Source: the human T2T-CHM13v2.0 reference genome, Homo sapiens
Strand: one strand, 5' to 3'
NCBI RefSeq assembly: GCF_009914755.1
Contig: NC_060925.1
DNA length: 64,000 nucleotides
Shown here: piece after piece, positions 23,996-37,230 of the stretch
Layout of the letters: every line of letters begins with the position of its first letter
How positions within the stretch are numbered: position 1 is the first letter of the stretch
Notes under the pieces: generated by a model
What the model was told of the DNA's origin: nothing
The model's input: only the letters and a program-made list of their open reading frames with translations
Database searches by the model: none
Position numbers and translations under genes: made by a program

Positions 23996-25229
23996 TCAGA
24001 AACACACAAGCACCCATTATTATAAATTAATTCCACAAATAATTTTCTATATAGAATAGTCAGGCTTTTCCTGGTATTTTTGCATTTCATTCTTATTTTA
24101 CTAACATGATTTTCATCTAGTTCAATTTTTCACCATGTATATTTACAACCAAGATGTGGTTTATTGATCAGTATCTTTGACCATATGAAATTCCATCATT
24201 CATAGCATCTGCCATTGTGAGTTTTCATGTGTGACCATAGAATTTTCATCTGTGACCAAGTTTAATTTTACACCTTCGAATTTTGCATATCTAAACTTAG
24301 TCAAGAAGATTACATTCTTCAGACAAGTTTTAGACTGTACTACATTTTACCAAGTACAGTTTGTACTTTCAGATATTGTAATTTTTATTTTGTATTGATC
24401 ATTTTTACCAGTAACATCTATTAAAAACTTAATAAAAGATGATGTCTGTACTTAAGTCTTATTTAATCTCTAAGAAAATTGTGTGCAATTCTTCTCTGAT
24501 ATTCTAAAAATTTTGTAGTATCTAGTGGTCTATTCAGTGTGAATTAAGAATTGGTCTATTGCATTCTTAAAAAATTTCTGGCACAAGCCTGTCTTTATAG
24601 AGTAATAATGTCTAGTGTTGGCAGTGCAGAAAGCAAAATGATGAAACTGAAGGGGTAAGCTTGTAATGGCAAGATCAACATGCCTTGCATCATGACTGGA
24701 ACACAAAGACCTTGGTTGCTGAAACAGCTCTAAGGACTTGGGGTTGACTCTATCTCAACTTGCCATGACCTTTCTTCTCTCTGTGTCTCTGCTCTTGCTT
24801 CCTCTCTCAAGAAAAGCCTTCCTTTGATTAGTCATGGTTGTTCTACTCACAACCTCAGATCTCTCAGAGTCCATTATGGCTGCCCTGGACACTCTGTATC
24901 ATGGTTCATTCAGGTTTCATTTCTGCCATAAATCCTCTCCTCTCATTTGGTATTATGTCTGGGTTCAAATTCCTAAGAGAAGGAGTATGACTAGTCCAAC
25001 ATAGCCAGAAGCCTACAAGGGCCCTAGTTCAGGTATCTTGTTGAGAAATCTCTCTAATCCATTGTTTCTCAAGGTATAATCCACTGATCACCTTCAAATC
25101 GGAGGATCATCTTTCCATATTCCATGGCCCCAGGCCTTTCCCTTTCCCCCAAGCATAAGGGAAACCAGGCAAGAAGCTGCCAGGGATCCCTGCAGCCCTT
25201 CCCCCACCGTAACCATGAGAAAGCATCCT

Positions 25230-25375
25230 GGTGTAGCTCAAAAAGCTCTAGTATCAGATGATTTGGGGTTCAAATTCCAATCTCTTTGCCTCTAAACTGA
25301 TTATGAGTGAGTTCCTAAATTCTCTGAGTCTTAGTTTCCTTGTCTGTAAAATAAGAAAATTAAACTGATAAAAAC
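25230..25375 (+). mobile_element. MIR fragment
   Basis: GGGTTCAAATTCCAATCT...CTCTGAGTCTTAGTTTCCTTGTCTGTAAAAT. Confidence 0.75.
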
Positions 25376-27174
25376 AGATACTACACTTGGTCTTCACCAA
25401 AAGGCCAAGAAGTGATAAAATAAGAAAATTATATCTACCCTCAGAAAGAAATGGCATATATAAAGAGGCTGGCACAGATAAATATTAGTTCCTTTCCTTC
25501 TGAGGGCAAGTCTGTAGCACCACCTTCATTTGCAGAGAGGAGAGCAGAATAATAGTGTGTGGCCAGAATCAAACAAAACACATGAGATGATCCCAGGAAA
25601 TAAATGAATAGATTTGCCAGCAAGAGACATTGTTATTTTTTCTCCCTGCCAAGACGTACTTTCCCAGATATACTGCATTTCTTTGGATAACTCCACAACC
25701 ACTCAATCCAGATATAGTCTCTCAGGCAGGCAACATGTTTACAGTCAAAATGCTCACTTCCACTTCAAGTTTCCAATCCCCTGCTGCTACTTTCTGCAAA
25801 CTTAATTAATTTGTTGCAGCTAACATTTGTTCAACCTCACGCAGCAATGGGAAACTGAACGAAACAGGCTCTTGTAAATTAAAAACATTTCAAAATATTG
25901 TCTTCTCCCAAGAAAACATTTCTTTTTTTTTCTTAAATTAACACTCCATTTGGATAACTTTAAAGTTTCAAAAGAAAACAAACAAGGAAGTTCCAATTAA
26001 TGTTGATTGTCTTTAACTATTTCACCGCCATCCATCCAGGCTACCACTCTTATTATCCTAAGCACTGTCATCTTCTTAATAGATATGCAATAGACCCTCT
26101 ACCTATCTCCTTTGCAATGCTTAGGTGATTATATCACATATGGTCCTAGTGTGAAAATGCCTGCCACACACTCCATCAGTCCGCAGATTAAGATGTGCCT
26201 AAACCCTAAGTGATAATGTTGTCTTGGAAAATTAGAAGTGCAAGTGCCATATTGAAGGCAATGATGTGTAGCAAGGGGATATAGCAGATTTTTCTTTTTC
26301 TTATTGGTTTGGTTGTTTCACTACCAAGACACAATTACATTGGCTAAGACTAATGTAATAATAGGAAGACTAAATAATACGAAGAGTGGCTAGGAAATGG
26401 CCCTGCAAGCAAATGTCACCTTATCCCAACAGATTAATCCAAGGGATTCAGATTGGGGCATTCTGATCTGTTGGCCTGGTTAACAGGCCCAAGGATATGT
26501 GTAATCTATCAGGGGAAGCCCCTACAATGACCAATGAGTGTGAAAGAACATCCTAATAGCTGCTCTTCCACTACCTGCCATGAGTTTTGTATAATGTTTC
26601 CTTATCAAAAGGGCTCAATAATATTCATTCTGTCTCTAGTGCATGATCGGTGAGGCAGTCTGTGCGGTTCTGCACAGATGTAAAGTGCTGCTGTTGTTGT
26701 TGTCATGAATAATGTAGTAGGAAGAGCTTTGAGCCTGGAGTTAAGTGACCTGAGTCCTAATCATAGCTTTGCTCATAAACTGATCAACTCACTTCCTTGG
26801 GAGTACATAAGAGAGTATACAGTGACAAAGTAAAAGACCCAATATTGGGGGACTCTTCTAGGGGGACGCTTCTACCGGCTCTGTGAGACTGTGTTAAAAG
26901 GCTATCATTGTGTGGAGTTATCAAACAATACTCCGACGTCTTTTCTCTGGTTTTACTCTAAAGTCTTTTCATCTTTTCATATGTGCTGATAATAATGCTA
27001 AGATTCAAAAATGTGTCACAAACATAGTTTGAGGACACCTGGTTAAATCAAAGAGATAGAAGGGAGCAAAGGGGGAAACCTAAAATGCAGACATTAATCA
27101 CTAATTCAGTACTTTTAACTTCTAAGAAATGTGAGGCATAAATGTTTTCAGAGATTCCTGCCAACAGTAATGCT

Positions 27175-27498
27175 GAGCCAGGGGCAGTGGCTCACTGCTG
27201 TAATCCCAGCACTTTGGGAGGCCAAGGCGATAGGGTGGCTTGAGCTCAGGGGTTTGAGACCAGCCTGGGTGACATGGCAAAACCTCATCTCTAAAAAAAA
27301 AAAGAAAAGAAAAAGAAAAATTAACCAGTCGTGGTGGTGTGTGCCTGTAGTCCTAGCTAGTCAGGAGGCTGAGGTGGGAGGATCACTGGAGCCTGAGACT
27401 TTGAAGCTATAGTGAATTGTGATCGCACCACTGCACTCCATCCTGGGTGACCAAGTGAGACCTTGTTTCAAAACAACAAACAAACAAACAAACAAAAA
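27175..27498 (+). mobile_element. AluJ, full length, with (CAAA)n tail
   Basis: GAGGTGGGAGGATCACTGGAGCC (J-type); TSD AACAGTAATGC at 27163-27173 and 27499-27509. Confidence 0.93.
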
Positions 27499-27699
27499 AA
27501 CAGTAATGCCAAATATAGGAAACCAATCAAAGCTTCTATGACAATAAGGAAAAAATACTTGGTTTAATTCTGTAAAGAAAGCAATAGTTACTTATGAAAA
27601 AATATCTCCATTGTGTCTATGACAGGCATGGTAATCAGCATAGTATTTAAAATATCAGGTTATTTTTATTGTAATCTTTATTTGATTTGCTCAGATGAA

Positions 27700-27960
27700 G
27701 AGAGTAATATAGCATAATCTCTCTCCATATATATGTATATATAAATTATATATATTATTATTATTCAAATAGAGAGATACAGATACTGGGATAGAGATAA
27801 AGCATAATCTCTGTCCCTCTGTTTCTGTCTGTCTTTCTAAATATAAAAATATATGCATATATAACATATAATGTTATACATGTAGGTATCTGAATAAAAG
27901 TTTATATGTGCATACATCCATATGTATATATGCATGTTTGAAGAGATATACATAGAAGGA
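27700..27960. repeat. TA-rich low-complexity tract
   Basis: TATA/CATA units; AGCATAATCTCT occurs at 27711 and 27801. Confidence 0.7.
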
Positions 27961-27974
27961 CAGAGATCATAGAC

Positions 27975-28486
27975 AACTAGTTGCCTTCTAGTTACCAATA
28001 GCCCTTCTCTTTACTAAAATAATGCAGACTTTGTTGAATAGCAATATGTCAAACTGAAAATATTTGGAGCGTTGTTTGCAAATAGGGGTGGCTCTATATC
28101 TAACTGCTGACCCATGAAAGGTGAGCAGAAATCATGGTATGGAGCTTCTAGGGCAGCACGTTAAAAAGCCAGGCTGATTCAGTCTGCAAGCCCCGTTTGC
28201 CCCTTGCCTTCCCACTTTTCTCTGTCTATTGCACAGATGCTGTGCTTGAAGAGGATCGGCCAGATTGTGATTTTGAAGTGACAAATCAATGCTAAGGAGG
28301 GCTAAATGAGAAGGTGGGGAGAGGCTGAGTGAGTCTCTGCTCTTACCAAGATTTGCCACATCAATCAGCTTGGGATTACCTGCCTCCATACATCTCACAA
28401 TATGATAAAAATAAAACCCTTGATTTTTAAGCCTCTGATCAGGAGCCTCTGTTCTTGACAGTCAAATATAATTCCTAACTGATGCA
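27975..28486 (+). mobile_element. Old MLT1 (J/K-like) LTR
   Basis: Ends AATAAAACCCTTGATTTTTAAGCC...TTCCTAACTGATGCA. Confidence 0.7.
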
Positions 28487-28489
28487 AGA

Positions 28490-29780
28490 GGAACATTGAT
28501 CCTTACCCTCAAGGCATTTATAGTTTTCTGACAAAACAAGGTAGACATTTATGTTTGACCTAATTAAACAACATAGACTTGCATAGGAGTGAATGCTTAT
28601 ACAAACGCAACCTCTAAATGCCACAGATGTTCGAAACAGAGAGAGAAGACTGTGGACTAGAATTTTTGAGGAACATTTTCATGGTGTGAGAGGGACCTGT
28701 GCTGGTCCTAAAGCTTGGGGAGATATTAATAACTAGAGATCTAGGAAGAGAATTCCAGGCAAGAAAAACAGCAAGGATTTCGTCACAAGGTGAAGAAAAG
28801 CGTAATTGCTAACTAGCTGACCCAGAAGGAGGAAGACAGACTATGGGGTAGCTGAAGATGAGTTGAATAAGCAGTATGAGACTAGATGACAGCAGCCTTG
28901 AAAATCCAACTATGAAATTTGATTTATGGGCAATGAGTAACTGTTCATCATTAATTCTTTATGTCTTTTTCTGGCCCCTTAGCTACTCTCTAATCCCATG
29001 TTTTTAGTTACTTATAAGATAGCTCCACAAGATATCCCAATTGAACCTAGATTTAATTTGTCTACAAAAAAACTCACCATTTTCCTTCATCAAGTGGCCA
29101 GTGGCATTATTAACCATCCAGGCTTCTAGGGTAGAAATTTTGGAGTTATCTTTGACTTATTTTTCCTTCCCCAACCCCTATATCCAATGCCACCTAACCC
29201 CATCCTTCCTTCCTTCGAAATGTCTCTTGAATTCATTTATCTTTCTCTTTTTCTACCATCACCATCTATGGCTGTCTTTTCACTCTGTTTCCCACAAGAG
29301 TCTAACAAATCTCCCCACTACACCCTTTCCCTGTTGTAGTCAAACTGCCAGAAAAATCTTCCTAAATGACTACTTAAATCACACTACCCTACCCCTACCC
29401 TTCAAAAACCTGGAAGTTCCTCTGCTAAGCTTATGAGACCTTTCATATTATTGCCATCCAACCCATCTACCTTATTTCCTGCCATGCAGGAACCTGAAAC
29501 CAATGCTGTAGTCATCTGGACCTCCCCAAGACCCTCCCTCACTCTACACTCATTCCCAGTTCCCACCCACTTAGAATATCCACTATTTCCCTTTTTGTTT
29601 GTCTAAATACTATTCATTCTCAAGATTCAGCTAACTAACCTCTTCCTCCAAGATTATTTTGATCAACACTGATCTCTTCTTTGCCCAAGTCCTAATCCCA
29701 TTGACAGTTTAGTGTATACAATGTATTAATTCTAATTATTTATGTGTTTCAAGCTTGCCAGTCAGGTAGATAATAAACTA
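28490..29780. mobile_element. Degenerate L2 fragments (minus about 28490-28945, plus about 28985-29780)
   Basis: CCTTACCCTCAAGGCATTTATAGT, ATTCCAGGCAAGAAAAACAGC, CATTCTCAAGATTCAGCT. Confidence 0.55.
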
Positions 29781-31120
29781 TTCTAAGGTCTTTGAAAACT
29801 GGAACCACTTTGCCATCAACTCTTAAGATTGAGGAAATCCTATGCAATTCATCCTTGCTGTTCCCTGTGAAAGTCATCCAGTCTCTGCCAGATCAAATCC
29901 AGTGATATAGCCTTCAAGAGAGCAGTTATTCAACAAATATCTATTCAGTTAATAATTTATTAAATTTGTCTGATACTATGTTAGGCAAAAAAAATTCAAT
30001 AAATATTCATGGATCATTTGATAGAAACAGTTCGCTGATTGAGGTTTACAGATGATGACACTATGAATGTATGTTTTAATAGACTAATCTTTTTATCCGT
30101 ACCCATGACTGTTGACTCTGCCATGAGAGTTTTAGACACACTAAGTCTATATAGCTTATATTAATTACAAAAACTGAAGGAAGTTCCATTGTTCTGCAGA
30201 ATTTATTATGGTTTAATGACCACTGCTTATAGTTCAATTAATCCTCATTTATGGACTGATCTACTTTGAATTGCTGGACTATTAACTATACCATTGTTCA
30301 AAAGGCAGTAACTATCTTTAGCTGAAAATTGAGAGGTATAGAACTAAACTAGGTGTTTCCAGCCAAAATTCCTAATGAATTCTGACGATCCATATCATCC
30401 CTTTTCATTTATTGAACCACTCAATATTATTGTAGTTATTTCGTTTTGATTCAAAGGAAACAGTTCCATTATCAGGCACAAAGAGAGTACCTATTGAAAA
30501 GTGAATTTAAGAAAGAAGGATTATATACTTAAAGAAATAACTCATAATCATCTTATAAATAATTGATACCTGTGCTAATTTTGCAAAAACAAGAACACTA
30601 AATAATCAATAAATATATATTGTTTTTATATATTTGAACATTTATTATCACCAAATCAACTACATTGCTTTGTTTTAACAGGTCATATGATACATCAGAA
30701 AAAACTCCAGATAATGTGTTTTTAAATTTTTCCTTTTATCTTGACATCACTAAATGATTGGGAGTATTCACCATTGAGTTCTTTAATGACAATATCCTTT
30801 TCTTTTACAAATGGCTTTGAAGTCTTCCACCGCCTGTTACAAGTATTTGGATACTTCCCCACCAAGGGTGGGCAGGAAGCCAACACAAGCCACCAGGTGC
30901 CAATATTACACCTGACAAATTAGCCACACGACTGGAAAAGGGTGGGTCCATCCTCCTGTTAGAGGTTCATTTCCTCTCATTTTCCCATGAACAGGAAGTC
31001 ATTGGAATGGGGAAAAAAGCTTTCCTTAAAGACCCATCTGACCAAAGGTCTGAACTTGTTAACTCCCTGTTAACAAGCAACTTGAAAGCAAGTTCAAATG
31101 AATCACAAGACTGTATTTAC

Positions 31121-31273
31121 ATTGACTTGTTTAACCCTGCTGAAGGCCTGGATTCCGGGATGTCGGGATTCATATAACACTCAGGGTGAGGAGTGCGCCT
31201 GGATGTCATATGGAATAAGGACAGCTGACAGAGGAGGCGGATGCATGATAGCCCTTGCACAAACCTTGGGAAC
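31121..31273 (-). other. Exon-like unit (weak donor)
   Basis: Acceptor CTTATCTTCAGTCTTTTAG|G; donor AAT|GTAAAT; relatively GC- and CpG-rich body in AT-rich flanks. Confidence 0.2.
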
Positions 31274-31559
31274 CTAAAAGACTGAAGATAAGACCTGACT
31301 GAAGCCACAGTTTAGGGACAGAACCCTATTTAATTCACCCAATTCGACAAGGTGATTTGAAGAATTTGATCAGAATTGACTGATAGTCCATAAAATGCTA
31401 CACTGTATTCATACAATACTTGATTCAGCTAAATCCTCTGAACTAATGACTTGTAACTACCTCCTAAAGATCAATTATAAAGCTTGATGAGTGTAAAATA
31501 AAGCATAATAAGAGAATGTTTTCCAGCTGAAAAGTAATCCAAAGAATAGAGTTCTACTT

Positions 31560-32870
31560 ATCCTAACAGCATCCCAAGAGATAACTGCTATATTATGTTT
31601 ATAATGCATAAACACTTGTTAAAATATATTTTATATACTAGTTTTTAAAAAAGTATTCCAAAATGACATAACATAATGTGCAATGTTCTACAACTTGCCT
31701 TTTCACCTAACAACATGTTACTGACATCTGTCCTTGACAGTTTATACAGTATATTCATTCATTTTAATTGATATATCCAGTCAACTCCCTTAATTTTTTG
31801 CCAACCAGATAGGTACAAAATGGCAACATATACTCTTTTAAATTTTACATGTCTTTTACCATTGAGGTTGAGCATATTTTTCAAATGTTTGCTAGACATT
31901 TGGATTTCTTCTGAGAATGACATATTTTATACTTTTTGCCCATTTTTTAAGTGTTAGTTATATTTTTCTCATTAACTTGAAGGCATTCTTTGAATAATAG
32001 ATAGTAACCCTTTTTTCTGTCATGTATAATTCAAATGTTTTGTCCCAATCTGTCACTTCTTCTTTAACTTTTTTTTTATGAAGTCAAATCTGTCAGGTTT
32101 TCCTTAATGGCCTCTGGATTTCTCACCTTGTTTACAAAGACCTCCTAACCTAGGGTTATTTTTTATTAATTTATATTTCATTCTGATACTGGTATAGATT
32201 TGATTTTTATGTTTAGAGCTTTATTCCATCTGGAATTTACTTTTGTGTATAGTATGAGTCCAGATGGAGAGCCAGTTGTCACAATACCATTTACTGAACA
32301 GTCTCCATTTAGCCACTCATTTGAAATGCCTCCATATTATCTGTTAAATTCCTCTATATTCTTAGTTCTGCTTCTGGACTCTAGCCCTTTTGATTAGTTG
32401 ATTTTTCTAGCACAACACTTATGTATTAGATTTCTTAGGATGTGTAGTTTGTTTGATGACTACTAGGCGAGTCTTCTCTCAAACTGTTTTTTTTTTATGA
32501 CTACTGTCATTTGTTTCCCTTCCAAATGAATTTTCTTTTTTTTTTTTTTTTTGAAATGGAGTCTCACTGTGTTGCCCAGGATAGAATGCAGTGGCACAAT
32601 CTTGGCTCACTGCAACCTCCGCCTCCCGGGTTCAAGCAATTTCGGATAATTTTTTTTTTTTTTTTTTTTTTTAGTAGAGATGGGGTTTCACCTTGTTGGC
32701 CAGGTTGGTCTTGAACTCCTGACCTCAAGTGATCCACCCGCCTCAGCCTCCCAAAAGTGCTAGAATTACAGGCGTGAGCCACAGCCCGGCCCGAATGAAC
32801 TTTAGAATAGGCTGCTTACGTTCTATTAAAAACCCCATTGCATTTCAGTTGATAAGAAACTGAGTGAAAT
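31560..32870 (-). mobile_element. Old L1M (L1MC/ME class) fragments
   Basis: GAGGTTGAGCATATTTTTCAAATGTTT, ACTTTTTGCCCATTTTT, CCATCTGGAATTTACTTTTGTGTAT, TACCATTTACTGAA. Confidence 0.75.
32536..32791 (-). mobile_element. AluS with internal right-arm deletion and expanded middle A-tract
   Basis: GGTTCAAGCAATT joins directly to TCGGATAA and a long T run; TSD-like AATGAATTTT / AATGAACTTT. Confidence 0.92.
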
Positions 32871-33173
32871 GTTACATCTTAAATTCGTCTGATTTAAAGC
32901 ACAATCAATGTTTCATAAAATAAAATCATACATTTTACAATGCTTTTACAAATTAAACTATTATAATAAATAGGGTATACTGTCATTATTTTTGTTATGT
33001 CAAAACTTTCAGGGGATACAAATGGAAACACTTCCTTTTGATTGACTGTTCAATCCACCAAACAGTAGCCTATTCTATGTTAGAAAACTCTAGTATCTGT
33101 TATGAGAATACAGAGATACATGTGGCATTATCTTTGTCCTCGAAAACTTACAACCTAGTTAAGAAAATAAGAC

Positions 33174-33195
33174 ATATATATATATATATATATAT
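33174..33195. repeat. (TA)n microsatellite
   Basis: About 11 TA units. Confidence 0.9.
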
Positions 33196-36100
33196 GATAT
33201 ATAAGGCATATTGATTAATGCATATTGATACAAGGCAGCTTATATGAGGAATCAAATGAGTTACTGTAGAAAATAAGAGCACTAAGAGTAAAAAGGCAGG
33301 AGAGTCAAGGCAGAGAAGTTAGAGTGTCTCTCTTATTTTACAAAAAAAGAACGTTTGAGACCCAGACATTTCAAGTCACTGAGCCAAGTAGACAGAAAAC
33401 ATCAGGTCTGCTGATTCTCATCCTTGTGACTTGTCTACTACATCAAATAAAACTCACACTTACAAGTGTCAATATCCATAAACTGGTTTTTCAAAATCAG
33501 TTTAAAAAAAAAAGATTGCATTCCGATAACTCCATTACAGGGATTTCTTTTCATCTATATGACATCAAAAACCAGATATTAATGATGTTTCACTTTTCAA
33601 CCAGTGGTTTTGACATAAGAACACATAGCCTATATCTAGGTAATAAAATGGGAGGGTTTTTTTTTTTGGCCCCTTTACACAATTCATCCCCTTGTCATAT
33701 TTTAAAGCCCCCAGGTAACAAATCCTAAGACCCACAGGAATCTTTACACCAGCAGAGAAGAGATTTCTAAAAGTCAACATCAAATCTACTTTTGATTTTC
33801 CCTTGAGTTTGTTTCTGTCAATGTTAGGCAGGTAACACATTTCAGCTTTTAAGCCATGGAGTGATCTTTTTTTAGAAAAAAAAAAAATGTGCACTCACAG
33901 CTTTAATCTTATATTTCTATGCATATTGAGTTAAATGTTGTAAAACTATCAATTCTGTCAAAACCTACCAAATAGAAAACAAGACACCATGCAATCTTAA
34001 TGTCCAAACTGACTAGTGATTATCAGAAATTAAATGTGCAGGAATTCCAAATCTTTTTTGATTTGAGATGTCTAGATAACTTTTGTTTTTCCATAATTGT
34101 ATGAGGTTTCTACATAGTATTTAAGACTCAATTATATTGCAATTGATGTAATTAACTCTAATAATCCATTAAAAGTCAGTAGGAGGGCTATTCAAGTCAA
34201 TAGAAAAGAAGGAGTATATTATGAAGGTGTTATTAACCTATACAGAATTTTACCAGACATTTTCTTTTCTTACATAATAAATACACAGTGGTTAGGAAGG
34301 CTGTCATTATCATTTAATGTGAACAATAGTCCATCACTTCTTTTCCTATGCAACCCTTAACTAATTCCATGTACCATGCACAAGTAAAATGAAACCTTTT
34401 CTAATCAGGGTACAGTCATATCAATCATCCATTACTCCATGATTAAAGAAGAGGTCCTTTCTCAGCTAAGTGGAAGAGAATTGGGTACCAGCAGAAGTTT
34501 CAAGCCCACCTTCTCTTTCAGTTGACAAGTCTCAGTTTCTGATGGCTGTCTGTACTTTGCAATTAATAAAAGCATAAACAGCCATCCAGAAAGTCCTGTT
34601 TAGAATACTCTGGCAACCATTAAATTGCCACTGAAAGCATGGCTACATGTTCCCTTGAACATCAAGTGAATGTTTGAGCATTCTGATCTTTTGAATTAAG
34701 GGAGACTAGCCACCTTTACAGCATTCCACAGGTCTACGCTACTTCCTCAGGAGTCCTGTTTGGCTCTAGCTGTGAACCTCACAGACATCTAAAACAGTGA
34801 GCCTCAATAGAGCTAACCCTACTGGGACTACAGGTTGCAGAGCAAGTTCAAGGGTCTCAGCTCACTTCCCATTCTTTCTCCATTATTCCCAGTAAAACAA
34901 GATGGAAATAAAAGTCAGGGGAGCACAATTTAAATCACACATCACCAAACAGGCTGTCCTTCTCTGAAAGAACTTTCACCTAGCCCCAGTTCCCAGTTGT
35001 GCTTTTCCAATCCGATAACGAACAAAAATGTTGTACTCTAATATTTGCATGAAAGAACACTTCATTCATGGTCTTATCCACTTATCCTACTATAGACTTC
35101 ATTAGGAATACAGACTGTGTTAGCTTCTGCTGGTTTCACATATATATCATGGTAACTAGCCCCAGCTATGTGGACAGCAAGCATTATCAGGAATAATAAC
35201 ACTTCCACACAAAGAACAGCTATGCCTGAAAGAGCTATAGAGCCACAGGGGTTGTAGGGGAAAGAACACCATCCCTGGACTCAGAAGGTGGGATGAGTAC
35301 AGACTCTGCCACAAATTGGCAAATACTGCCACAAACAGGATCGAAAAAATATCATTCCTCTGCCTCAGCCTCTGTACAATGGGTGGAAAAAGAACTCACA
35401 TCATAGGCCTGTTATTAAATTAGCCTCATTAAATCAGGATTAAATTAGACAAACATGTGAAATAAGCCTTACAAGAGTCATAAAACATTACACAAACCTG
35501 AGATTGTGTTTGTGCATTATTCAAAGTCACAATAAGTTCTTAAAGCCAAGGGAGAAAAGGATAAAACAGCAGTTCTCAAACTTCGGTGCACATGAGATTC
35601 ATCTCGGGTTTCATTTCAAAGTACACATGGCTGTTTCCCAGGCCTGAGGCCTATTCGAACTACAGGCTGAGAGACACTGGGATAAGGGATTGGCTGAAAA
35701 TTGATTCCTATTCATTCATCAGATAGTTTAAGTACTAGGAAGCCTTAGAGGATACAAATAATTACAAGATACTGCTCAAATGTCAAACAACTCCGGCTCT
35801 ACATGTAGAGAGACGACAAATATCCAGAAATGATAAAATGTAAGGCTCTGTGTGTCAAAGCAGAAAAGCAGCCAATGAGTAACACCTCTTCTAGTTTCCC
35901 CCTTGAACCAGAACCTAGAAGAGGCTTCATATTCCCGAAAAGGAAATTCTGGTTCACTCTTATTCCTAAAGTACACACTGTCAGTGCTTTCTGGTCCCTT
36001 ATGCATGAACCTCGCTCCTAGACCTCAAGAGCCAATGTGAGTCCTAGAAGTCTCAGCCAGGAATCAGAGAGAGAGTGTGGATCCCATCCTCTCTCATGAA

Positions 36101-36272
36101 AAACCAGGCCTCACCGTGAAGTGGCATCTCTCTCACTCAAAAGGTTCATCTCTGATATTGAACAAAGAACCCTTTTCATACCGGAGAACTACTGTTTTCT
36201 GAGGCCTAGGTGCAAACTGAGCAAACCAACCACAGACCTGGGCAGTCACAGCAACTAGAACATGAGACTCAC

Positions 36273-36377
36273 CCTCTGAAGGGTCCACTTTGAATCTCCT
36301 CCCTACGGCTAGTCCCCGAGAGAGTATTTGGGCACAGCAAAGCTGTGGCTTCAAAGTCACAGTAACCTTCTACATGC
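36273..36377 (-). other. Exon-like unit, 105 nt
   Basis: Acceptor TGACATTCTCTATCTCCTCCCAG|G; donor AGG|GTGAGT. Confidence 0.35.
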
Positions 36378-36636
36378 CTGGGAGGAGATAGAGAATGTCA
36401 CCTTCCTTTTTTCTGAAACTCCCACTGTCCCTTTGTACAGGTTCAAGAACACAGAGAAAGGAGACCTGGTCCAAGAAACAAGAGGCCTGGGTTGCCGTTC
36501 TGCCCTACCAATAACAGGCTAGGAAACCATCTCTCTTTCTTTAGCCACATCCTTTTCCAAAGAGGAAAATTCAGGAGATTAGCATCTACTCCAGCTACTT
36601 CACAAGATGAAAAACTCTTTTGAAAAAGTAAAACAT

Positions 36637-36930
36637 GGCCATGTGCAGTGGCTCACGCCTGTAATCCTAACACTTTGGGAGGCCAAGGCAGGCGGATCAC
36701 CTGAGGAATTGGAGACCAGCATGATCAATATGGAGAAACCCCGTCTCTACTAAAAACAAAAAAAAATTAGCTGGGTGCGGTGGCACATGCCTGTAATCCC
36801 AGCTACTCAGGAGGCTGAGGCCGGAGAATCACTTGAATCCAGGAGGCAGAGGTTGCGGTGAGCTGAGATTGCTCCAATGCACTCCAGCCTGAGCAACAAG
36901 AGTGAAACTCTGACTCAAAAAAAAAAAAAA
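36637..36930 (+). mobile_element. AluSp-like, full length
   Basis: ATGGAGAAACCCC and GCAACAAGAGTGAAACTC diagnostics; TSD AAAAAGTAAAACA at 36623-36635 and 36931-36943. Confidence 0.93.
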
Positions 36931-37157
36931 AAAAAGTAAAACACGTCCCTGAAGTACAAGAAATTAATATCAAACCCAAAGTACATTAGTCAATCTTGGA
37001 AATATCCAGTTTGATTATGAACATTGTGCCTCAATTCTCTAGATAGTGTTTCATTGTGGCTTTGCTTTGAAAGTATAGGCTGGTCCTCTGATAAGTCACC
37101 ACCACTGATTCCTTTACAGATAAAGACATGCAAGACTAGGTTACTGGAATTCCCTAT

Positions 37158-37230
37158 GTCTCTCTCTCTCATGCTCTCTCTCTCATGCTCTCTCTCTCTC
37201 TGTCTCTGTCTCTCTGTCTCTCTCTCTCTC
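37158..37230 (+). repeat. (CT)n/(CTGT) degenerate microsatellite
   Basis: Seen directly. Confidence 0.9.

Noticed and set aside
26426-26474. 9-bp inverted repeat CCAACAGAT/ATCTGTTGG as a pre-miRNA
   Set aside because: Stem is short and interrupted; several such stems are expected by chance.
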